Positions 1 to 9,064 of a stretch of DNA of 25,313 bases are shown here, one piece after another. Each line of letters begins with the position of its first letter. Within the stretch, counting starts at the first letter, position 1. Made by a program: the position numbers and the translations under genes. The notes beneath the pieces were generated by a model. The model was not told the origin of the DNA, ran no database searches, and saw nothing but the letters and a program-made list of their open reading frames with translations. The stretch comes from Ginkgo biloba (lineage: Eukaryota; Plantae; Ginkgophyta), in contig JANKJI020000004.1 of the NCBI GenBank assembly GCA_024626585.2, forward strand, positions 8,693,259-8,718,571, written 5' to 3'.

Positions 1-1323
1 GCATATTACAACTAAAAACTACCCATGGATATAACCAACCTACTATTGATATGGAAAAATAAATCAACAAATCATAAAACAAGGCTCCACAAATACATCC
101 CAAGCTCATTCAAAATCCTAAATACAAGTGGACAACAAGGGCAATGCTTCTAAAGAGGAGAGCATGCAATCTCTAAAATTAAAAAGATGTGCATAGTTTT
201 CCACCTCGGCACATATTAATTTTAACACTGTATTGATCAACACAATGCAAATAATCATTCTCAACCATTAAAGACAAGCCAAGGAATTCTCTTTTCTTAA
301 GTGCTTTGTAACTTGATTGTAATCCATCCATGCAAACTCAAAACAACTAATCTATCAAAATACCCACCACCTTAGACTATTTGCATTAAAGCTATAAAAA
401 TTGACCCTCAAAACACACAACCTAGAAAAGAAATGGCATAGTTAAAAATCAACGACTCTAAGTTTGAAACACTATTTGTGCAACACTTAAAAAATATGAA
501 ACACACTGACATTGTCCAATCAAGCCCATAATAACACTAATCGAAAACAAGTTTTATCTTGCGTATACATTTCTTATTGAACTACACAAGTGTATAAGTA
601 ATCCACATACAAAGGAGGTTAAGGATGAACACAAAACACATATTTAAATCATAACACAACTTAAAAAGAAATTCTCTTGACATAGACTTGTTAGAATTTG
701 GTAATAAGAAATCGATTAACTAAGCAAAAATCATATAAAAAATTGAGAACATTCAACACACAAATGTAGGGTACTATGTACTGGACAAGAGGAAAGCTCA
801 AGATCGACNNNNNNNNNNNNNNNNNNNNNNNNNNNNNNNNNNNNNNNNNNNNNNNNNNNNNNNNNNNNNNNNNNNNNNNNNNNNNCATCAATTCAACAAT
901 TGAGTTAAGATTAATCCATTGTAACTATGCAACATTTATCATAACTATCAAAGATGTGTATATATAGGAGTCATCCGAAAGGACACAAGGGGGGGAATAC
1001 ATTTTGTAAATGTGAGTTTGACTTGTATTCTGTTCATGTAAGTTTGAGTAGAAGTTACCATAAACTGTAGATGGATTCATAATTTGTCATACAGTATTAT
1101 AATATGTCGTCGACCTTGTATGTATCTACTAATCTCTCATAATATAAATGTGCTATGGTTTTTTCATATTATATGTGCATACTGAATGCATGTGAATGAA
1201 TGGATAACATGAGTACATTGACATCATCAGAGAGACAAATCAACAACTAACCCTGTAAGAACTCAACATAACACCAAGGATGAAGGTAACCTCACCCCGT
1301 TAGGCAAAAGGACACTTAACATT

Positions 1324-1336
1324 TGGCACTGTTGCC
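1324..1336 (+). mobile_element. Degenerate tRNA-Asp-type primer-binding site of a gypsy (Athila-like) LTR element, directly after an LTR end
   Basis: ...CTTAACA (ends 1321) + TT + TGGCACTGTTGCC, versus the known PBS TGGCGCCGTTGCC. Both mismatches are transitions at CpG sites. Confidence 0.55.
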
Positions 1337-4300
1337 TGCGTTCGGACCTGCATTACTCTAAACACAAAGGAGAAGCATTAACAACATGTTCAAAGGCTAA
1401 AGGAAAGGGAAGTTCTTGAAGTATGAAGGCGATGTCAATATCCCGAAATAAACATACGTAAGAGAGATAATGACCAATGACAAGGTGGTTGATCACCGAC
1501 AAACAAGAAGAGAAAGTAAACCCGACAGTAGGAATTGATGAGATCGTCGAAAGAGACAATGACAAACTCTGGAAACCCCACATTAGAAGGAGAAAATCCA
1601 ATATATGAAGAAATTTTAACTTGGTGGTTCAAAAAGATCAACAATTATATCCAATTTTATGCCCAACATAACAATATNNNNNNNNNNNNNNNNNNNNNNN
1701 NNNNNNNNNNNNNNNNNNNNNNNNNNNNNNNNNNNNNNNNNNNNNNNNNNNNNNNNNNNNNNNNNNNNNNNNNNNNNGCTATAAATCTTCTGAACCCTCA
1801 ACGATTCCCTTCGAATCTGAATCGGTCCTTATAGAAATAAAAATCTTCTCCAAAAGTCTTGCGATTCAAAATTGCTTGCTCCACCATTCGCCGTTCGTTC
1901 TCATTGTGGCGTTCTCCCACCAACCGCGCGTACTTGTTTCCTTTTTCTGTTCACAGACCTCCAACTCGTTGCCACAGGGACTAGTGCCCATTATAACAGA
2001 GAAAAGAAAACATTGCTAATAGTCCCATGACGCAGAGACCCAATGCACAACGCCTCCTAGCGCAAGGGAGTGCCTTTCAACCACCTACGATGTCTTCAAA
2101 GCTTCAACGAAGTCCATTCATAGTGACTTGATTCTACCTTTGACGTTTTTGCTTTCTGCCAGAAACCATGTTTGCTCTCGCAACAACTAATGGCGGCGCT
2201 TCATAGAGAACACTCGGGAAACAATTGCAAAAAATTCCACGATTTTCTCACCATGGGGATATTTTATGGGATGATTTATATTTGAATTTATTTGCTTATT
2301 TTAATTTTTAAACTTTTCCACACACACATCCTGACATGAGGTGTTCGACACAACCTTCAAAATTTGTTGTCCACCCACTCTAGGCAGGGAGACACTCCAA
2401 GTGGATGTGGTTAGAGGATAATCGTTTGATTCAGTCCACATCCTATACTATTATGACATTATCTTAGATGATATATATGTACCATATGAATCCTAACCCA
2501 CATCAAAAGGGATGTTTTAAAAAATAGGCTCTGTTTATGTGGATGCATAGGTTCTTAGTCCAACATTAATTGATCATGAAAATTTAACAAGGATTTAACT
2601 CAAAGAACCTAAGACTTACTCAAATTACCCAAAGGGAAATAGATAATAAATACTAGTGATCTTGTAATATCCCTAGTGGAGTCATAAAAGAATGTAAGAA
2701 GGCTCATCTATCTTGTCCCCACCATAGTCACCAATATAATGACCCTATTCCTGAACCATGGACAAGTGACATATTTGTAGGATATACCATACACCTTACA
2801 TTAGGATATATGTGGTAAATGATAATTGTTGAAAATAAATAAATGAAATAAAACTTCACTCTTTTAATTTCAACAATTCAAAAATTAGATTTACTCATTT
2901 CTTTTATTTTTCACACAAGAGAAAAGGGAGATTCATACATCACAAGCATAAATAAATATGATTCAAACTTTCTCCTCATATCCCCCCAATAAATTATTTA
3001 ATACACCACCTAAAATAAGTATATAAAAATATTAATATTTCCCAATGATAACTCCTAAAGGATTAGGGATAAATAAACAACAAAAATAAAATAGAATAGA
3101 CAACCAAACCCTACTCTCATTTGAATCACACTTTATTCTCTTTTACAAAAAGTAATTTGGAAAAGAAGAATAAATAAATTGAAATCAAAGAAAGAATAAA
3201 AAATAATTAAGACCAAAGCCTTAAANNNNNNNNNNNNNNNNNNNNNNNNNNNNNNNNNNNNNNNNNNNNNNNNNNNNNNNNNNNNNNNNNNNNNNNNNNN
3301 NNNNNNNNNNNNNNNNNNNNNNNNNTTAAAGTATAATTAATTAGCCAAGTGACATGTGATGAACATTATTATCCAACAACACTTACCAAGAATAATTCAA
3401 AAGGTTGGAAGGGAGCTTTAATATATTATCCTCTTTAGACATATTTTCTTATGAATTGTATTATTACCACTTAACAACATGATCATTTGTGGTGTATGAT
3501 GTAATCATATGATAATTTACAACATTAACTTGCTAATTTCCTTTGGGTATTAGCTTTTTCAAGGAGATCATAGACACACCACACATTAGACAAATGGAGC
3601 ACTTCAGCAAACAGACAAACCCCTTAAGATCTACATCAAAGATTTGGAAACAAAGGCTACACATGGAAAGACTAAAAGGCAGCTAACTCACCTCCATGAA
3701 GTTCAGTAACAGAGCTTTCTGAATGAAGAAAGTAGCAATAAACCTTCTTTATACTTGCTTTCAATTCAACCAACCGGGAGATATATTTATGGCAATATCT
3801 TAAAAAATATAGGGATTCCAAAATATATCAAAGTGGTTATATATACAAGCTCCCTTTCTACATGGTTAATTTGGGGAGCTTAATCAGATCCACAATACAT
3901 GAAAGACTAATATATGATGATTGATTAATTATCTATCATATGCCATTTCATCCTAATGAATCCAACTGAGGTTGCTAAATGATCAAACAAAAGATGAAGG
4001 GGATGATAGAAGGTATCAAGAGAAAAAAAAAACAGAAAATAAAGGAGCATCAGTACAACACATATAGTAGTGCAAGAAAACAAGGAGGTCCGGATATTAA
4101 CTTAGAAGCCAGAATGAGATGAAGTTATCTTCCCTCGCAATTCTTGCCACTAGGGAAATTTGTTACATAGATCTATTCACACATAGACACTGTATGTGCT
4201 ACTTAGAGCCTACCTATATTCTCCATTCTTGTTTCCCACTTCCTCGAACTGTGCCTGCACTCGCAATGTCTTTTACATTTACTTCTGGGCTTAATCTAAC

Positions 4301-5274
4301 ACTTAAAAAATACATGCCATAGTTGTAAATTTCTTGAANNNNNNNNNNNNNNNNNNNNNNNNNNNNNNNNNNNNNNNNNNNNNNNNNNNNNNNNNNNNNN
4401 NNNNNNNNNNNNNNNNNNNNNNNNNNNNNNNNNNNNNNNNNNNNNNNNNNNNNNNNNNNNNNNNNNNNNNNNNNNNNNNNNNNNNNNNNNNNNNNNNNNN
4501 NNNNNNNNNNNNNNNNNNNNNNNNNNNNNNNNNNNNNNNNNNNNNNNNNNNNNNNNNNNNNNNNNNNNNNNNNNNNNNNNNNNNNNNNNNNNNNNNNNNN
4601 NNNNNNNNNNNNNNNNNNNNNNNNNNNNNNNNNNNNNNNNNNNNNNNNNNNNNNNNNNNNNNNNNNNNNNNNNNNNNNNNNNNNNNNNNNNNNNNNNNNN
4701 NNNNNNNNNNNNNNNNNNNNNNNNNNNNNNNNNNNNNNNNNNNNNNNNNNNNNNNNNNNNNNNNNNNNNNNNNNNNNNNNNNNNNNNNNNNNNNNNNNNN
4801 NNNNNNNNNNNNNNNNNNNNNNNNNNNNNNNNNNNNNNNNNNNNNNNNNNNNNNNNNNNNNNNNNNNNNNNNNNNNNNNCTAGCAGGCAATCCCTGGATT
4901 AGTGGGAAACAAGTGTTTCACACCCACAATGACCTTAAAAGTGACATCCAGGGCTTTCTTTTGCAGTGAAGCCTACACTCTGCACCTGAGGCAACCTGTG
5001 CACTCTGAAATAAGCTAACTACGGCTGACTGTGAATTCTTAGACATGCACCAACATACACTCCATTCTTGATAGCCCAGGTGCTAACACAAATATCAGAC
5101 AAGGGCATCATTTAAGTTTTCAGAGGAACAAAAATTCCTTTGGTGTGAGCTTGACATTCTTCCAGGGAAAACTACCACTGCTACAATTCAAATGGTGTGA
5201 AGCTGGCCCAATATTTAAATGGAAAGAATGAGAGATATTCTCCCAAAATTGTACAAGAAATGAAGCTGAAAAAA

Positions 5275-5317
5275 TCACCGCATGATAGATTCTTTCACAA
5301 AGCATCGGCCTCCAGAA
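5275..5317 (-). CDS. PRMT6: PRMT6 last coding exon with stop codon
   Basis: Follows a 93 nt phase-2 intron (5318-5410, ending ttgcAG). Reads T TCT GGA GGC CGA TGC TTT GTG AAA GAA TCT ATC ATG CGG TGA = (A)SGGRCFVKESIMR*, matching the plant PRMT6 terminus (SxGRSFVKESxMR-like). Confidence 0.93.
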
Positions 5318-5410
5318 CTGCAACCATCATCAGACACATTGTCAGAAAGGAATAGATCTGAATTGCCCAAGTTGTTTGAGATATTCATGTTGGACTGGTG
5401 AAATACTTAC

Positions 5411-5529
5411 GCATATTCCAGGTGTATGTTCAGAAACCTTGGATTCTCCCTGCTTTGTGATAATGTAATAGAACCTTCAATAGATTGATCTTGCTTCACC
5501 TCTATAGGATCATAAATGTATAGCAATGT
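5411..5529 (-). CDS. PRMT6: PRMT6 penultimate coding exon
   Basis: TLLYIYDPIEVKQDQSIEGSITLSQSRENPRFLNIHLEY continues THWAQ|T in frame and matches the plant PRMT6 C-terminus as I recall it. Acceptor ctttgcAG at 5531-5530, donor GC|GTAAGT at 5410. Length 119 nt. Confidence 0.95.
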
Positions 5530-6030
5530 CTGCAAAGATGAACAAACTCCCATAAAAAATGAAGCTACAGAAATAAATTTCAAGAAAAGTAATTTCAATG
5601 ACAACAGGAGATTGGATAAACATGGAGCATCTTGCTCAATGAAAAATTGCCTTGATCCAGGCTACATTTACTAAACATGTACACCTGATTGGAGTTTATG
5701 AAGATCCTCTGTTTACCATGGAAACAGTAAATGCAAATGATATTTTCTGCAACACCTTCAAGAGATGCATGCCTTCTCATCTGGTCAAATTGGGAAATGG
5801 CATTAAGTCTGTTTATTTGTCAAAAACATTTACTTTTGGTATAGAAAACATTGCACCCTAATGAAGTCAAATCATCATACGGGACATGATTCTAAATTAT
5901 TTTCACTTTGTTGATGTGAATGGACTGAGATTTATTGTTAAGCATGGGAATAATAATTCATGTTGGTTCATTGGGTATAAGGATGGAAAGAGAAGGATAT
6001 TTGAGATGAGTAGAGAATGTCTATGTCTAC

Positions 6031-6697
6031 TGCTAACGGTATTATTGTGCCACATGGCAAACAGACATAAAATAAGCAGATTAACCAAAAACAGAGCAGA
6101 TTCCATCTAAAACAGAGTAAATTCCATCAAATCAGAGCGAACTCCCATCCGATTCCAGGCAAGCATGATGTAATGATGACACAATGATGGCGTCAACATC
6201 AAATGAGGGCATGGAGTGCATGATGTTGGCATTCTGCGCAGCAGTTAATACAACACCCATACTGTTTGTACTGGCAGTTTGGATAGCATGTAGATAATGT
6301 CAGCAACAGGGAATGATGTCAGCAGCAGGATAGAGTGCAAGCTATGACATGGCGACCTCATTAGGGCACATTATGAGAGCATTAAGAAGCACTAATTAGA
6401 GACGTTAATGAGGCGCCGTCAGAATTGTGCCACTTCAAAAGTCATGTCATTTAAGTTTTTAAAGAGATATAACATTATAAATAAGAGAGGGAGAGAGTGA
6501 GGGGTAAACTGTGAGAGCCAAGTTAAGACATAGGGCATCAGGGTGAGAAACTAATGTACTATGCTTCATCGTTAATGACAATGCAATAATTCAGATTTTA
6601 CCCATATCATGTGCATTCTTGTAATCATGTGTAATTGATAACACGTATGTGCGACAAATGTATGCATTTATAATGTGTGTTATTTCCGTTGCTAATT
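6031..6697 (+). mobile_element. LTR-like repeat, copy 1 (~667 bp)
   Basis: Colinear with 11505-12192 (shared blocks include aaaacagagtaaatt, gattccagg, ttaagaagca, gtgccacttca, gtgagagccaagtt). Termini fit a TGTTAGC...GCTAACA consensus. Internal TATA-like tataaata near 6476. Confidence 0.7.
6070..6150 (+). repeat. Degenerate ~20 bp tandem subrepeats (AAACAGAGCAGATTCCATC-like) at the 5' end of the LTR-like repeat
   Basis: Units: aaaaacagagcagattccatct / aaaacagagtaaattccatc / aaatcagagcgaactcccatc. Confidence 0.65.
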
Positions 6698-6815
6698 GTG
6701 GATTCAATGTCTGGGCCCTAGTCAATAGCCAAGGACCCCGCTCAATTCCTCAACTTACCCCACTAAAATCAAAATTTTTAATTCCCTACACTCGAGATAA
6801 TAGGGTCTAGTGAAA

Positions 6816-6879
6816 TGTCAGCAGTATTATTGTGCCATGTGGCAAACATCCATAAAACAAGCAGATTCTACCAAAAACA
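6816..6879 (+). mobile_element. LTR-like repeat, start of an adjacent copy, truncated by an N-gap
   Basis: tgtcagcagtattattgtgccatgtggcaaaca... closely resembles tgctaacggtattattgtgccacatggcaaaca... at 6031. Confidence 0.75.
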
Positions 6880-8246
6880 NNNNNNNNNNNNNNNNNNNNN
6901 NNNNNNNNNNNNNNNNNNNNNNNNNNNNNNNNNNNNNNNNNNNNNNNNNNNNNNNNNNNNNNNNNNNNNNNNNNNNNNNCATGATAAAATCATCTAGAAA
7001 ATGCCTGAGTAATATGAAGAGAATAATCTATGTTCCACTCGAATGCACCATGTGGCACCTTTTTTCATTTTCATATGTATATATGTGTGTAAAAGTTCTT
7101 TTCACGGGTGATTATGAAGTTGTGAAGATTTACAAGATGTTGTTGCATGGAAAGATCATGTGATATATCCCCTCATCATGGTTGAAAGCATTAGATTTCA
7201 TATGGTAAATAGTGTGAGGCCTAAATTCATGAGGTTGCACCATGTGGTGAGATCTTGCAGTTTCCCTCCTTGTGGATCCTAGTTCACCCTTTAGGTGGCC
7301 TCTGAAACACCCAGCGACAGTTTCTCTCGATGTCCAACACTCAGTTCTCGTGGTTTGCCTATCGGCTCCTACCATTCTTTGGCGTTTCCTTTGTGCACCT
7401 CTCTTTGACGGTTCCTGCTTGCAACGAACCCCGCACGGATTGTGAGGCACTCACGGGCTGTGCAACCTCCTTGAGGCATCTTCACGTCTCCACGCCCCTA
7501 CAAACACAAAAAAAAAAAACACCGGTTACTCACCATGCAGCTCACAATGCCTTGCAACAAATCAAATACGTTTTCATGCGGAAAATTTCGCCAACGAGTC
7601 AAAAATTCAAAAACAAGATCGCAGATTTTTGCAAAATCAGTTTTAGGAGCAAAAATTTTGAATTAACTAAAATTTTCAAACTTTCCAAACTTAAAAAAAA
7701 ATTCAATTAGTATATTCTTGGGAATATTCTATTTTTAATAAAAGGGTTTTGATAAAGTTACTTTTAAGAGTGACTTTATTTTCACCTTTTTTGCCTTATT
7801 TCATGTCTCCGAGCTTCGATTTTAGTGTTTTTCATGCCAACCAACTTCATTTCTCAGCGACTTCAACACCTATCGCCTTATTGCAGTTAGCCACTTGTCA
7901 TTTTTATTTTTTTTCACATTTTCTTAATTTTATTTTTTTAATTTTAGTACCCGTTCTCTCCAGGAGGAACTAGTCAAATTTTCGACACTTGACATTTCTC
8001 AGAGTCTATCAATTTCACACCCAAAGCGAGCTTTAGTATTACCTGAAGACTAGTCTTTGTCTGTGTGAGAGCATGCAAAGACGGTTCACCTTGGCGGGTG
8101 TACCATTGCACTTCACTGGTTATTAGTCTCCAACCACTTGCCAAANNNNNNNNNNNNNNNNNNNNNNNNNNNNNNNNNNNNNNNNNNNNNNNNNNNNNNN
8201 NNNNNNNNNNNNNNNNNNNNNNNNNNNNNNNNNNNNNNNNNNNNNA

Positions 8247-8441
8247 GAAAAGAATCCAATTTTTCATTTGAGATCCAAATATATTGAGACCAAGCATCAC
8301 TTCATCAAGATATTATTCGAGGCAAAGTTAGTGGAGCTGCATTATTGTCCTAGTATTGACCAGATAGCTAACCTCTTCACCAAGCCATTAGGAAGAGAAA
8401 ATTTTTGTACCTTCAGAGAGTCTCTTAGAATAATAAATTGA
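8247..8441 (+). pseudogene. Ty1/copia pol C-terminus (RNase H end), fragment
   Basis: EKNPIFHLRSKYIETKHHFIK...VELHYCPSIDQIANLFTKPLGRENFCTFRESLRIIN* matches the copia consensus NPVFHxRTKHIExxHHFIR...QxADxFTKPL. Confidence 0.92.
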
Positions 8442-8454
8442 TACTTATTCCATT

Positions 8455-8719
8455 AAGGATGGGTATGTTAGATATATTAGGAATAATAGTCCAGTAATGT
8501 AATAAGTATCACATATTTTGTGACAGAAATAGATTAGAAATAGGGTTTTATTATATTCAATAATTGAGTTATTAGTTGGCAATTGGTTGTAGGTTAGTTC
8601 AAATTTATGAATATATATTGTCCAAATTTGAATGTCTCAGCTGATAGAGAATGAAGTTTGTATTGATAGTAAGTTAATACAACGTTTCTTTCTCATTCAT
8701 ATTCTCTTCATCTTTAACA
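8455..8719 (+). mobile_element. Copia polypurine tract (8455-8465) and 3' LTR (8466-8719, 254 bp)
   Basis: aaggatgggta lies just after the RNase H stop, followed by TGTTA...TAACA inverted termini. Confidence 0.8.
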
Positions 8720-8758
8720 TATTCCATACATATGTATTGAGAATGAATTGATATTATA

Positions 8759-8772
8759 CACACACACACACA
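8759..8772 (+). repeat. (CA)7 microsatellite
   Basis: cacacacacacaca read directly from the sequence. Confidence 0.9.
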
Positions 8773-8852
8773 AGAAATAAGAAAAAAACTATCGTTTCAA
8801 AAAAATACAAAGAAAAATAAAAAAGGAGTTTTTTGAAGATGGAGCTCTGCAC

Positions 8853-9064
8853 CTGGGCCCAGTGGGTTGGAACTTCTTCAGGAGCAGTTGAAAGCACAAG
8901 TGTGGTAGGTGATTTTGCACGTTTTCTCCTTTGATGCACACCATTCCCACGAAAATCCCCAGATAGAGTGCTATCAATCGAGGATTCTGACTGAGTGTCA
9001 CTTGATGTCATTGCATGCCCTCCAAACGCAACCTCAAACCATAATGCGAATCCATGTAAGGAAG
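8853..9064 (-). CDS. PRMT6: PRMT6-type protein arginine N-methyltransferase, third-from-last coding exon (beta-barrel domain, THW loop)
   Basis: Translates (A)SLHGFALWFEVAF...LVLSTAPEEVPTHWAQ, matching the type I PRMT motifs HGFxxWFDVxF and LSTxPxxxxTHWxQ, with the long insertion typical of plant PRMT6. Acceptor ...tggcAG at 9066-9065, donor CAG|GTGCAG at 8852. Length 212 nt (2 nt + 70 codons). Confidence 0.93.

Larger units (their letters stand above)
5530..8852 (-). other. PRMT6 intron (phase 0, nominally 3.3 kb) containing TE remnants and two 100-N gaps
   Basis: GT...AG ends join CAG|ACA in frame. True length is uncertain because of gaps at 6880-6979 and 8146-8245. Confidence 0.85.

Noticed and set aside
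150-340. Possible LINE zinc-knuckle remnant on the minus strand (CAEVENYAHLF)
   Set aside because: Only a short motif-level resemblance, with no supporting RT or endonuclease sequence.
886-1170. LTR-like segment (tatatatag, G-run at ~988-996, ending tttttca)
   Set aside because: The start is lost in a gap and there is no second copy, so it cannot be delimited.
4303-4969. Long ORFs of 195 and 211 aa (also 20682-21449, 20735-21319 and other X-containing ORFs)
   Set aside because: They are artefacts of translating through N-runs.
4978-4988. 11-mer ctctgcacctg identical to the PRMT6 donor region at 8845-8855
   Set aside because: Many 11-mer matches are expected by chance in 25 kb, and there is no flanking similarity.
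6070-6150. CRISPR-like short repeats
   Set aside because: The units are tandem and degenerate with no unique spacers, lie inside a eukaryotic LTR-like repeat, and have no cas genes nearby.
7130-8145. ORFs of 106-126 aa in a GC-richer stretch
   Set aside because: No recognisable domain, and the translations run into poly-A/T tracts. This is probably non-coding TE sequence that I cannot classify.
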